64,000 nucleotides of DNA from Pseudolabrys sp. (GCA_036265125.1 DATAPP010000177.1:26505-90504); one strand, 5' to 3'. Positions 29,777 through 39,589 are shown, numbered from the stretch's first letter. Program-made: numbers and translations. Notes: generated by a model from the letters alone, not told the origin.

Positions 29777-30274
29777 TCAAATTGCCGATCGGCCGGGACT
29801 GGCGACTCGCGCGCGCGGAGGCGAGAAACGGTACGCCATGCGGGCATGGCCCGCACAGTAGGACACTCCGCCGGCCGTGGTGTTGCCGCAAAAGGCGAAG
29901 CCGGCAGTGGCGGCGGCGCTGATGGGCCAGCGGCACTTACGCGGCGCGAGGTTGAGCAGCGAACAGGGCTCCGTGCTCACGACATCGTCGGCAACAGGCT
30001 CCGATGCAAACAGTGCTTTAAGCGCCAGCCGCTGGGTGAAGACCTGAGGCCGCCGCATTGGCGCGCCTAACCGCGTTCGCGGCGCGGCGGGATTTCTGCC
30101 ACGCGACAGACCGAGACGGTTGATCTTGCCGATAACGGCGTTGCGGGAGACACCAATCTCGTGGGCAATTTGTGCGCAGGACAGGCCGGCGTTGACGCAA
30201 CTTCTGAGCATATCCACGCGCTCGGCAGTCCAGGTCATATGCAAATTTTTGCTGGAGTTTTCGGTAGCGGTCAT
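29777..30274 (-). CDS. gcrA: GcrA cell-cycle regulator family protein (paralogue)
   Basis: WTAERVDML...GLSCAQIA..IGVSRNAVIGKINRLGL N-domain; C-terminal CRWP...FCG...YC..H..AY. Confidence 0.88.
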   Translation of the reverse strand: MTATENSSKNLHMTWTAERVDMLRSCVNAGLSCAQIAHEIGVSRNAVIGKINRLGLSRGRNPAAPRTRLGAPMRRPQVFTQRLALKALFASEPVADDVVSTEPCSLLNLAPRKCRWPISAAATAGFAFCGNTTAGGVSYCAGHARMAYRFSPPRARVASPGRSAI

Positions 30275-30687
30275 GTTGGCCTCGTGGCCGGTTGACGCGG
30301 CCAGACTGGGCCGCCGGCAGGACGAGGTCGCACTCACGCGTATGCCGCGTTGAGATCGAATGTCGGGCTTCAGGCTGATCGCGCAAATCGGTGCCGTCGG
30401 CATGCTGCGCCTTGGGCAACCGAGCCGCATCCGCGCCATCGGACTGCAAGCCCGCCACACTGATCGATGCCAGAGCCCGCGCGTCTGACCCGAAAGAGAG
30501 CCGGTCCTTCAGGCCACGGGCCTTTCAGCGCAGGGCTGCCAACCGACGTTTTTGGGTCATAAAAACCGCGCGGGACCACTTGGCCTCGAGCGAAAACCCT
30601 CGCCGAATCAAGCGTTCCACGATTCGATTCGCCCAGCAAGGGTTATAATGCCATAATAATCAGGTTGTAACAGTCCAGGGTGTAAAC

Positions 30688-30897
30688 ATGGCGCGACCAG
30701 AAAACCGCTCGGAAGCACGAGCACTCAGCCTGACGCTGCCAATCGAAACGTTCAATTACCTGGCCCTTCTTGCAACGCTGGGAAAGCTTGGGCGCACCGA
30801 AAACGAAGTGGCAACGCACATCCTCGTTCGCGAGGCCTATGCCATGTACGAGCGCGGTTTCCACGAAGAGCGTGTTCCGGCCGCGGACCTCGAGTGA
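30688..30897 (+). CDS. Small hypothetical protein, ribbon-helix-helix-like
   Basis: ATG after an AT-rich promoter-like stretch; ALSLTLP strand followed by two amphipathic helices. Confidence 0.55.
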   Translation: MARPENRSEARALSLTLPIETFNYLALLATLGKLGRTENEVATHILVREAYAMYERGFHEERVPAADLE

Positions 30898-30934
30898 CGC
30901 GGGCGGCGATAAATGTCGCCCGACTGGCCGCCGA

Positions 30935-31441
30935 TTATTTGTTTTGCGTTTTCTTCACCCGGGCTTCAGCCGAGCAGGGATTGTCGTTTGAACAATTGTC
31001 CCCGATCACGCCGACCGCCTGGATTTCGATCTCGATCCCGGGCCTCGCAAAGTTGGTGACCGTGATCAACGCGCTTCCGGGATAGTTTCCATCCTTGAAG
31101 GCTTCCTTGCGCATTTCGACAAATTTATCCCCGTAGCGGGACTCCTTGATGAAGACTGTCATGGTCACGACATTGTCCAGGCTGCCGCCCGCCCGCTTCA
31201 GAACACCGTCAACCTGAGAAAGTACTTGTTTGACCTGAGCTTCGAAATTGTTTGCGATGTTGTTGCCCTGGTTGTCCTGGGTTGCAGTCTGACCGGCCAC
31301 CCACACAATCGTTCCACCCGACGTAATGACACCGGGCGAAAACGCACGCGATAACTGAAAAGGCGTCTTCTCCATATATTCGGCGGCGTGTGCAGCCGTT
31401 GAGAGCAAAATAGCGAGCAAAAACGTCGCGACACGTTTCAT
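30935..31441 (-). CDS. RidA/YjgF/YER057c/UK114 family protein with Sec signal peptide
   Basis: MKRVATFLLAILLSTAAHA signal; FSPGV, VWVAGQ, FEAQ..QVL, GGSLDNVV.MTVF, EIEIQA. Confidence 0.85.
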   Translation of the reverse strand: MKRVATFLLAILLSTAAHAAEYMEKTPFQLSRAFSPGVITSGGTIVWVAGQTATQDNQGNNIANNFEAQVKQVLSQVDGVLKRAGGSLDNVVTMTVFIKESRYGDKFVEMRKEAFKDGNYPGSALITVTNFARPGIEIEIQAVGVIGDNCSNDNPCSAEARVKKTQNK

Positions 31442-31610
31442 GGGATGCTCCTTCAAAATAGCCGGTATGCTCGTTGGTGAGTGTTCTCGATATCAAAAAT
31501 TGCGTCAACCCGAGTCGTGCTTCCGTTTGACAGCCCAGGCTCCTGAGCCGCTATGCTGTGTTACAAATCTCGGGACCGTCATTGCGCATCAGCCCGGAGC
31601 CAGATTTCTC

Positions 31611-32597
31611 ATGCGTTTTCTGCCGGTTTGGATTCAAATGCCGCTTCTCGCGGTTGCGGCGTTGCTTGCAGTCACCGCACCGATGCGTGCGGCCGACTAC
31701 CCCGTCCGGCCGGTCACGCTGGTTGTGGCGTTTACTCCCGGCGGGCCGAGCGACGTGCTTGCCCGCATTGTCGGCAAGAAGATGGAGCAACTGCTCGGCG
31801 CCCCGTTCGTGATCGAGAACCGTCCCGGTGCCGGCGGCAATATCGCGGCGGAAGGCGTCGCGCGTGCGGCGCCAGACGGCTACACGTTGCTGATGGGGAA
31901 CAACAGCATCCTCGCGACCAACGAAAGTCTGTACAAACATATCAATTATAGCCCCGAGAAGGACTTCATGCCGATCACACTGGTTGGCACGCAGGCCAAT
32001 ATTCTGGTGGTCAATTCTGACGTTCCGGCGCGGTCGCTGAAAGAGCTGATCGCGCTCGCGCAAGCGCAACCGGGCAAGATCAATTTTGCCTCATCGGGCT
32101 ATGGCGCGGCTGCGCATCTCGCCGGCGAACTGTTCAAGTCAGAGGCAAAAATCAACATTGTGCACGTGCCATACAAGGGCGCGGCGCCCGCATTGCAGGA
32201 TGTCATTGCCGGACACGACCAGATGATGTTTGCCACCGCGGCTTCCGTGATCGGCCATATCGAGGGCGGGCGCGTACGCGCACTGGCTGTCACGACGCTC
32301 AGGCGCACGCAGGTCTTGCCTGACGTGCCGACCATGGATGAAGCGGGTCTCAAGGGCTTTGATGCGAGTACGTGGCACGGGCTGGTTGCGCCGGCCGGTA
32401 CGCCGCCGCAGGTGATCGCAACGCTGCACGAAGCCGCGGTCAAGGCGCTGCACGATCCCGGCGTGCAAGAGTCGCTCAGCAGGCTCGGTGTCGATATCGT
32501 GGGGGACACGCCGCAAGAATTCCAGACCTACATTAAGAACGAAATTCCGAAATGGACGGCAATCGTGAAAGCCTCCGGCGCCAAACTGGACAATTAA
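31611..32597 (+). CDS. Bug/TctC substrate-binding protein
   Basis: FTPGGPSDVLAR, IENRPGAGGNI, HVPYKGAAPA, LPDVPTMDEAG. Confidence 0.93.
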   Translation: MRFLPVWIQMPLLAVAALLAVTAPMRAADYPVRPVTLVVAFTPGGPSDVLARIVGKKMEQLLGAPFVIENRPGAGGNIAAEGVARAAPDGYTLLMGNNSILATNESLYKHINYSPEKDFMPITLVGTQANILVVNSDVPARSLKELIALAQAQPGKINFASSGYGAAAHLAGELFKSEAKINIVHVPYKGAAPALQDVIAGHDQMMFATAASVIGHIEGGRVRALAVTTLRRTQVLPDVPTMDEAGLKGFDASTWHGLVAPAGTPPQVIATLHEAAVKALHDPGVQESLSRLGVDIVGDTPQEFQTYIKNEIPKWTAIVKASGAKLDN

Positions 32598-32601
32598 GAA
32601 G

Positions 32602-33933
32602 ATGAACAGGGTGGATAGGCCGAACGGAGTGATGGCCCGTCATGTGAAGCGGCTTGGCCATCTCGATTTGCCGGGGGCAGGGCAGGTTACAGTCGCCGGC
32701 CAACATGCCTTTGTCGGGCATATCCCGAACAAGCAGAATCTGGGCACATCGATTGTCGATATTTCCGATCCGCAGAACCCACATCTGGTCGCGACCGTCA
32801 CGCTTGATGACCCGGCCTCGCATAGCCACAAGGTCCGCGTCGTTGGCGATCTGATGATAGTCAACCATGAACGCAATCCGACACCGGTCGGACGGCGTGC
32901 CGAGCAATTGCCGGGGGTGCGGCGCGACCTGCGTGAAATACTCGGCCGCGAGCCAAGCCGCGCCGAACTGTCGCAGAAGCTCAATGTCACCGAGGCCGAC
33001 CTTGTCGAGATCGAGGCTGCGGAAAAGCAGCCTTACAGCAAGGGTGGCTTTCGTATTTACGACATTGCCGATCCGGCAAAACCAAACCTCATTCATCATC
33101 AACTGACCGGTGGCATCGGCGTCCACCGTTTCGATATGGATGAACGATACGCCTATATTTCAACCGAGATGGAAGGCTTCGTCGGCAACATCCTCGTGAT
33201 CTACGATCTGCGTGATCCAGAAAAACCGGCCGAGGTTTCGCGTTGGTGGATGCCGGGACAGCATGTCGCCGGCGGAGAAAAGCCTTCCTGGTCCGGCAAA
33301 CGGCACCGGCTGCATCACGCATTGCGTTTTGGCGACGAAATGTGGGCGAGCTGCTGGCACGGCGGCTTTCGTGTCGTCGACGTATCCGATCTGGCAATGC
33401 CGAAAACGGTGGCATCCTATAATTATCATCCGCCGTTTCCGGAGCCCACGCACACCGTGATGCCGGTACCGGGCGGAGTAGGCGGCAAGCGGATTGCGAT
33501 TGCTATCGACGAAGAGGATCAAGCGCAGAGCGCCAACGAGGAACAGGTGCGGCGCGGGCGGCCGCATGCCGGCATGTCGATCTTTGATGTCAGCGATTAC
33601 ACGAGCGTGAAACCCCTTTCCCTCTTTGAGGTGAGCGAACTCGACTCGCCGTTTGCCCGAACGCCTGGCGCCCGTTTCGGAGCGCATCAATTCCACGAGC
33701 GCATGTCCGGCACGCTTGTTTTCGCCGTGTGGTTCGGCGCAGGCCTGCGCATTGTCGACGTTGCCGATCCGTCGGCGCCGCGCGAGGTCGGCCATTTCAT
33801 CCCGGAGCCCGCCGGCGGGTGCCCGGCGCCGCAGAGCAATGATGTTGTGCTGGATCAGCGCGGGCTGATTTACATCGTCGACCGGCACGTCGGTTTCGAC
33901 GTGCTCGAATTCGACGGCGGCCGGGCTGCCTGA
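32602..33933 (+). CDS. LVIVD-repeat beta-propeller protein with a sigma70-region-3-like insert
   Basis: Repeats TSIVDISDP.NP, FRIYDIADP, LVIYDLRDP, FRVVDVSD, MSIFDVSD, LRIVDVADP; insert LREILGREPSRAELSQKLNVTEADL; start may be 32632. Confidence 0.85.
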   Translation: MNRVDRPNGVMARHVKRLGHLDLPGAGQVTVAGQHAFVGHIPNKQNLGTSIVDISDPQNPHLVATVTLDDPASHSHKVRVVGDLMIVNHERNPTPVGRRAEQLPGVRRDLREILGREPSRAELSQKLNVTEADLVEIEAAEKQPYSKGGFRIYDIADPAKPNLIHHQLTGGIGVHRFDMDERYAYISTEMEGFVGNILVIYDLRDPEKPAEVSRWWMPGQHVAGGEKPSWSGKRHRLHHALRFGDEMWASCWHGGFRVVDVSDLAMPKTVASYNYHPPFPEPTHTVMPVPGGVGGKRIAIAIDEEDQAQSANEEQVRRGRPHAGMSIFDVSDYTSVKPLSLFEVSELDSPFARTPGARFGAHQFHERMSGTLVFAVWFGAGLRIVDVADPSAPREVGHFIPEPAGGCPAPQSNDVVLDQRGLIYIVDRHVGFDVLEFDGGRAA

Positions 33934-33939
33934 CGTTCG

Positions 33940-35469
33940 TTATTCTCCGCCGCGGTAGAACGCGCTGACGTCGGCAGTGAACGCCTTGCGCGATTGAGGA
34001 TCGAGATAAATCATGTGCCCGCCGCGGTAAAGCTTGAGTTGCGCGCGGCCGGGTGGATCGAACGCCGGCATGTGATCGAGGACGTAACGCGTCACGGCGT
34101 ATGGCGTGATCATGTCCGAATAGCCATGAGCTATCAGAAGACGGAATGACGAATCGTAGGCCAGCAATGTGCGCAGATCGTCCTCGGCACTGGCCTGCAG
34201 GCGACCACCGCTCTGCCAGTCCCATTGGACGTCGCTCGCGAGCAATGTGTAAGTCATCTCTGTCTTGAAACCCAGCTCATTGCGGGCATAGGAGGCCATG
34301 GCGCCACCGTAGGCGCGGGTGACAACGTCAAGAATCGGATCGGGCGAACGCGATGAGCGCCGCTCGGGGTAGGGGTCATCCACGGCGAAGGTCGCATCAT
34401 AACGGCTGACGATCTTGCCTTCGGGCGCGCGCAACGTCTTCACATAGGCATTGGCAGCGAAACCGCGGGCCTGCGTCACCGCGTCAACCGGCAATCCGGC
34501 CATCTTGGCGACCCGTTCAAAGAATGTCTTGGCAGCCTCACCCTTCGGCGGAGCACCGGCCAATGTCGTCAGGTAATCCGTCATCGCAAATTTTTCAGCC
34601 GCGGCGAGCGCGTCCGGACTGAAGGCATTTTTGCGTTCAAGTTCAGCCGCCGCGAGTGACGGCAATTGCAGCGCTGCATTCAGCGCAGATTGATCGTCGC
34701 CGAAGGTCAGCCAGCCTTCCAGCAGAGGCGAGAGCATGACGATACCGGAAATGAGAATGCCCTGTTCGCTCTGCAGTGCGCGTGCCGTCTTGGCGGCGCG
34801 GAAACCGCCATAGCTTTCGCCAAAAAGATATTTCGGCGAGCCGGCGCGATTGTTCTTGGCGACATAGAGAGCGATGGCCTTGGCCATCGCCCCGGCGTCG
34901 CCCTGCACGCTCCAGAACGATTTTGCGTCGTCGCGCTTGGCCGCCCGGCTCCAGCCGGTGCCGATCGGATCGATCAGGACCAGATCCGTAAAGGCCAGCC
35001 AGGTATCGGGATTGTCACGCAAGCTTGCGCGCGCAGCGTCATGGGCATCCGGTCCGAAATCGAGTATGCGCGGACCGACCAGACCAAGATGCAAAAACGC
35101 TGACGCCGCGCCTGGACCACCGTTGAAGACAAACGTCAGCGGCCGGTTGGGCGGGGCATCCTTGGCGACATAGGCGGTATAGAACACCGACGCGCTTTGC
35201 TCGCCGGACTGGTCGTAAAAGGCCAGCGTACCGGCGGTCGCAGTGTAGGCAAGCTTGCCGCGCGGTGTATCGATGGAATGCTCGGTGACGGCGTCGGCAG
35301 GCAGCAGGCGCAACACGCCCTTGCCAGCTTCGCGGTGCTCGACGGCATTTGCCTGCGGACGGTCTTTAACGTCCTCGTCAGCACGGGCGATGCCCAGCGC
35401 GCCGGCGAGGGTCATCGCCAGCACCAAACGAAGAAGACAGGAGAGTGTTATCGGCACGCGCAGCTCCAA
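33940..35469 (-). CDS. Peptidase S10 (serine carboxypeptidase-like), exported
   Basis: Signal peptide; FVFNGGPGAAS, FTDLVLIDPIGTGWSR, YLFGESYGGFRA, AHG..D...P, Y.GGHMIY. Confidence 0.9.
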   Translation of the reverse strand: MELRVPITLSCLLRLVLAMTLAGALGIARADEDVKDRPQANAVEHREAGKGVLRLLPADAVTEHSIDTPRGKLAYTATAGTLAFYDQSGEQSASVFYTAYVAKDAPPNRPLTFVFNGGPGAASAFLHLGLVGPRILDFGPDAHDAARASLRDNPDTWLAFTDLVLIDPIGTGWSRAAKRDDAKSFWSVQGDAGAMAKAIALYVAKNNRAGSPKYLFGESYGGFRAAKTARALQSEQGILISGIVMLSPLLEGWLTFGDDQSALNAALQLPSLAAAELERKNAFSPDALAAAEKFAMTDYLTTLAGAPPKGEAAKTFFERVAKMAGLPVDAVTQARGFAANAYVKTLRAPEGKIVSRYDATFAVDDPYPERRSSRSPDPILDVVTRAYGGAMASYARNELGFKTEMTYTLLASDVQWDWQSGGRLQASAEDDLRTLLAYDSSFRLLIAHGYSDMITPYAVTRYVLDHMPAFDPPGRAQLKLYRGGHMIYLDPQSRKAFTADVSAFYRGGE

Positions 35470-35512
35470 TAATATGCGTGCCCCCCGAACTTAAAGCCTG
35501 ACTTTTGGACGC

Positions 35513-35788
35513 CTAACGCCTGCCGCGAAAGTTCGGCCGGCGTTGCTGAGGAGCGGGGGACGGAGCATCACCTTTATGGCGGAAACTGATGCGGCCGCGC
35601 TGCAAATCGTAGGGTGACATCTCCACGATCACGCGGTCGCCCACGCCGGTGCGGATGCGGAATTTGCGCATCTTCCCCGCCGTGTAAGCGAGCACCTCGT
35701 GCTCGTTGTCGAGCTTCACCCGGAAATTGCCGTCCGGCAGAACCTCGGTAACCGTCCCATCGAACTCCAGCAGTTCTTCTTTCGCCAT
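35513..35788 (-). CDS. infA: Translation initiation factor IF-1
   Basis: [44 protein letters not shown]...[16 protein letters not shown]. Confidence 0.97.
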   Translation of the reverse strand: MAKEELLEFDGTVTEVLPDGNFRVKLDNEHEVLAYTAGKMRKFRIRTGVGDRVIVEMSPYDLQRGRISFRHKGDAPSPAPQQRRPNFRGRR

Positions 35789-35808
35789 CCAGTCGTCTCC
35801 TGGTCGCG

Positions 35809-37224
35809 TTAACGCGGCGCTCGGCGGCCAGCATTACGGCGCGGCTCGCCCGGGCGCTTGAGGAATGTAACATTTCCAATGCCGCTTGGCTCCCCTGCCA
35901 CGGCGTCCTGCCGGGCGGGCGGCTGGTGGCCATTGTGGCCTGCCCGGCCTTGGTGGCCGTTCCCGCCGTGGTGCGAGCGCTGGCCGTTGCCCGAGTGCTG
36001 ACCGTTCCGTCCGCCGTGACCACGCTGGCGCTGACCGCGGTGCGGTCGGCCATTGCGGGTCTCGGCATGCTGCGGTGCCGGATGAGGACGCTCGCCGGTG
36101 CGTCGGTCGGTTGCCGGAATGGTCATCCGGATCAGCCGCTCGATGTCGCGCAGGTAGGCCCGCTCCTCGTGATCGCAGAACGAGATCGCGATGCCCTCGG
36201 CGCCGGCGCGCGCGGTGCGGCCGATGCGGTGAACATAGCTCTCGGGGATGTTCGGCAGATCATAGTTGACCACGTGGCTGACGCCGTCGACGTCGATGCC
36301 GCGGGCGGCAATATCCGTCGCAATGAGTGTGCGCAGTTTGCCGTCACGGAAGGCTGCGAGCACACGCTCGCGCTGGCTCTGCGACTTGTTGCCGTGGATC
36401 GCTTCGGCGGTGTGGCCGGCCTTGTGGAGGCCGCGCACCACCTTGTCGGCGCCGTGTTTGGTACGGGTGAACACGAGTACCCGGTCGATATTTTCACCCT
36501 TCAGCACTTCGGCCAACAAAGCCGGCTTCGACGCCTTGTCGGTCAGGATGACGCGCTGATCGACGCGCTCGGCGGTGGTGGCCTGCGGCGTCACTGCGAC
36601 GCGCGCCGGGTCGCGGAGCATAAAGGCGGCGAGCTGTACGATTTGCTGAGGCATGGTGGCCGAGAAGAACAGCGTCTGTCGCGCTTTCGGCAGCATGGCG
36701 ACGATCTTCTTGATGTCGTGAATGAAGCCCATGTCGAGCATGCGGTCGGCTTCGTCCAGCACCAGCACTTCAACCTGGTCGAGGCGCAGTGCACGCTGAT
36801 TGACCAGATCGAGTAAGCGGCCAGGGGTTGCCACCAATACTTCGACGCCGCGCGCGAGCGCACGCACCTGCCGGTTAATCGGAACGCCGCCAATCGCCAG
36901 GGCGATTTCGAGCGGACGGATGTGACGGCCATACGCGCGGAAACTATCGGCGATCTGACCGGATAACTCGCGTGTGGGCGAAAGCACCAGCACGCGGCAG
37001 GATTTCTGCGCGGGCCGCTGACGCTTGTTGAACAGATGATTCAGGATCGGCAGCGCGAAGGCTGCGGTCTTGCCTGTGCCCGTCTGCGCGATGCCGATGA
37101 CATCGCGGACTTGGGACGCAAGAGGAATGGTCTGGGCCTGGATCGGAGTTGGAGTGACGTATTTCTCTTCGGCAAGGGCGCGAAGGATCGGCGCTGCGAG
37201 GCCGAACTCGTTAAATGAAGTCAA
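35809..37224 (-). CDS. rhlE: DEAD-box RNA helicase
   Basis: Q motif, [48 protein letters not shown]; disordered H/G/R-rich tail; TTG start. Confidence 0.93.
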   Translation of the reverse strand: MTSFNEFGLAAPILRALAEEKYVTPTPIQAQTIPLASQVRDVIGIAQTGTGKTAAFALPILNHLFNKRQRPAQKSCRVLVLSPTRELSGQIADSFRAYGRHIRPLEIALAIGGVPINRQVRALARGVEVLVATPGRLLDLVNQRALRLDQVEVLVLDEADRMLDMGFIHDIKKIVAMLPKARQTLFFSATMPQQIVQLAAFMLRDPARVAVTPQATTAERVDQRVILTDKASKPALLAEVLKGENIDRVLVFTRTKHGADKVVRGLHKAGHTAEAIHGNKSQSQRERVLAAFRDGKLRTLIATDIAARGIDVDGVSHVVNYDLPNIPESYVHRIGRTARAGAEGIAISFCDHEERAYLRDIERLIRMTIPATDRRTGERPHPAPQHAETRNGRPHRGQRQRGHGGRNGQHSGNGQRSHHGGNGHQGRAGHNGHQPPARQDAVAGEPSGIGNVTFLKRPGEPRRNAGRRAPR

Positions 37225-37419
37225 AGAGTCTCTTTCTTATACGGCGAAACGGCCGTGCTGCCGTTGCAGCCGGCGGGATCGCGGGGTTCCTAAAGACATC
37301 CCGCGTGGCCAGGGTTGTCGATTACATTGGAGAAACGGAGGAGGCGGGGCGAAATTCGTTTTAATGACTTTCGTGCACGCAGCCCGCAACCCGAGACCGG
37401 GTCTTCATCCGCTGGGCCT

Positions 37420-37448
37420 CATATGACAGTTAGCAGTGTCCTTTTCAA
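37420..37448 (-). promoter_or_regulatory. Possible sigma70-type promoter for rhlE-infA, implying a long 5' UTR
   Basis: Minus strand (C)TTGAAA-N17-CATATG about 195 nt upstream of the rhlE start. Confidence 0.35.
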
Positions 37449-37591
37449 GGCGTCGGCGGAGCTTATTCCGCGGAATGATGAATAAAGTGGCTGCAGGCGG
37501 CCCTCTTCGCCCAATGGACAAGGCGCGGGAGATCGGGGAATGTCGGCCCGAAAATCCAGTCCCGGGACGAAACCACTCCGGAGCCATTGAA

Positions 37592-38785
37592 ATGCCGTCT
37601 CCCAGGGCCTCCCAGGCCCTTTCCCGCTTTACCGTTCTCGATCTTACCCGAGTCCGCTCGGGGCCCACGTGCGTTCGCCAGCTCGGCGATTGGGGCGCCA
37701 ATGTCATCAAGATCGAAACGCCCCCGCATCTGGTCGATGGCGAAGGTCCGGGTGGTCCGCGCGAAGGCTCTGACTTTCAGAATCTTCAGCGCAACAAGCG
37801 CGGTATGACGCTCGATCTGAAATCACCGCAGGGCCTCACGGCCTTCAAGCGGATGGTCGAGAAGGCTGATGTGGTGGTCGAGAATTTCCGTCCCGACGTG
37901 AAGGACCGCCTCGGCATCGATTATGACTCGCTGAAGAAGATCAACAAACGCATTGTGCTCGCCAGCATTTCCGGTTTCGGCCAGGATGGGCCTTACGCCA
38001 AACGGCCGGGCTTTGATCAGATCGCCCAAGGCATGGGCGGGTTGATGTCGGTCACCGGCGCACCGGGTGGCGGTCCGATGCGGGTCGGCATTCCGGTTGC
38101 CGATTTGACGGCAGGAATGTTCGCCGCACTCGGTATTCTGACAGCGTTGCTCGAACGCGAGGCCTCCGGCGAAGGCCAGTGGGTGACGACCTCTCTGCTG
38201 CAGGCGCAGATTTTCATGCTCGACTTCCAGGCATCGCGCTTCCTGACCGAAGGGCTGGTGTCGAAACAGGCCGGCAACAATCACCCGACCTCGATTCCCA
38301 CCGGCGTGTTCAAGACCAGCGATGGATATTTGAATATCGCGGTCGCCGGCGCGGTGATTTGGGAGCGTTTCTGCAGCGCCGTCGGTCGTCCGGAGTGGGT
38401 CACGTCCCCGGACTACAAGAACGGCAAGCTGCGGCTTCAAAACCGCGACACGCTCAACGCGGAAATCGACAAAGTAACCGCGACGAAGTCGAGCGCCCAG
38501 TGGGTCGAAATTTTCAACAAGGTCGGCGTGCCGTGCGGCCCGATCTATTCGATCGATCAGGTATTTGCCGATCCGCAGGTCAAGCATCTCGATATCGCGC
38601 AGGAGTCGGCGCGTTCGGACGGAAGCAGGCTCGGTCTCGTGGGCCAACCGTTCAAATTGTCGCGCACGCCGAGCAAGATCGCGGTGAGGCCGCCAAATCT
38701 CAGCGAGCACACCGAAGAGGTGCTCAAGGAATTTGGTTTCGCGGAAAAGGATATCGCCGAGCTGCGTGCAGCCAAGGCGATTTAA
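37592..38785 (+). CDS. Class III CoA-transferase (CaiB/BaiF/Frc family)
   Basis: VLDLTRVRSGP, GANVIKIE, RNKRG.TLDLK, VVENFRP, RPGFDQIAQGMGGLMSVTG, PVADL (catalytic Asp position). Confidence 0.93.
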   Translation: MPSPRASQALSRFTVLDLTRVRSGPTCVRQLGDWGANVIKIETPPHLVDGEGPGGPREGSDFQNLQRNKRGMTLDLKSPQGLTAFKRMVEKADVVVENFRPDVKDRLGIDYDSLKKINKRIVLASISGFGQDGPYAKRPGFDQIAQGMGGLMSVTGAPGGGPMRVGIPVADLTAGMFAALGILTALLEREASGEGQWVTTSLLQAQIFMLDFQASRFLTEGLVSKQAGNNHPTSIPTGVFKTSDGYLNIAVAGAVIWERFCSAVGRPEWVTSPDYKNGKLRLQNRDTLNAEIDKVTATKSSAQWVEIFNKVGVPCGPIYSIDQVFADPQVKHLDIAQESARSDGSRLGLVGQPFKLSRTPSKIAVRPPNLSEHTEEVLKEFGFAEKDIAELRAAKAI

Positions 38786-38797
38786 GGAGTGCAGGGA

Positions 38798-39589
38798 ATG
38801 TCGCAGACCGACAAGATGTTGTCGCGCAAGGAAGGCAAGGTCGGCTATCTGACCTTCAACAATCCAGAACGCCACAATGCCGTTTCGCTCGAAATGTGGG
38901 AGGCGGCGTCGGGCTTTCTCGAGGATTTCAAGAACGACAGCAACATTCACGTCGTCGTCGTCACCGGTGCCGGCGGGAAGGCCTTTATCTCGGGCGCCGA
39001 CATCTCCAAATTCGAAAAAGAGCGTTCGACCCAGGAAGGAGTCGACCGTTACAACGCTGCGGTTGATCGCGCGAACAATGCATTTTACAACTTTCCAAAG
39101 CCAACCATCGCAATGATCCGCGGCTATTGCATCGGCGGCGGGGTCGGTCTCGCTCTCTGCTGCGATCTGCGCATTTGCACGGAAGGTTCGAAATTCGCCG
39201 TACCGGCCGCGAAACTCGGTCTGGGCTACCGCTTTGACGGCCTCAAGAAGCTTGTCGATGTGGTTGGCCCATCCTTCGCCAAGGAAATTTTCTTCACCGC
39301 CCGGCAATTCACGGCCGCGGAGGCGCAGATGATGGGCCTGGTCAATCGCGTGCTGCCCGACGGGGAGCTCGAGACCTACGTGAAGGACTATGCCGAGACC
39401 ATCGCGGCCAATGCACCACTGACGATCAATTCCGTCAAATATATTGTCGGTCAGGCGGTCACTGACGAAAGCAAGCGCGATCTGAAGAAATGCGAAGAGA
39501 TGGTGCAGGCTTGCTTTGCCAGCAATGATTACAAGGAAGGCCGCAAGGCGTTCATGGAAAAGCGCAAGCCGGCGTTTACCGGGTCATAA
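38798..39589 (+). CDS. Crotonase/enoyl-CoA hydratase superfamily protein lacking both canonical glutamates
   Basis: FNNPERHNA, AFISGADI, GYCIGGGVGLALCCDLR, FAVPAAKLGLGY, APLT, DY.EG.KAF.EKR.P.F. Confidence 0.88.
   Translation: MSQTDKMLSRKEGKVGYLTFNNPERHNAVSLEMWEAASGFLEDFKNDSNIHVVVVTGAGGKAFISGADISKFEKERSTQEGVDRYNAAVDRANNAFYNFPKPTIAMIRGYCIGGGVGLALCCDLRICTEGSKFAVPAAKLGLGYRFDGLKKLVDVVGPSFAKEIFFTARQFTAAEAQMMGLVNRVLPDGELETYVKDYAETIAANAPLTINSVKYIVGQAVTDESKRDLKKCEEMVQACFASNDYKEGRKAFMEKRKPAFTGS

Noticed and set aside
32602-33933. Call as an RNA polymerase sigma factor
   Set aside because: Only a region-3-like segment is present; regions 2 and 4 are absent and the rest is beta-propeller.
37823-39307. 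494-aa minus-strand ORF
   Set aside because: Antisense to the CoA-transferase and crotonase genes; no recognisable domain.
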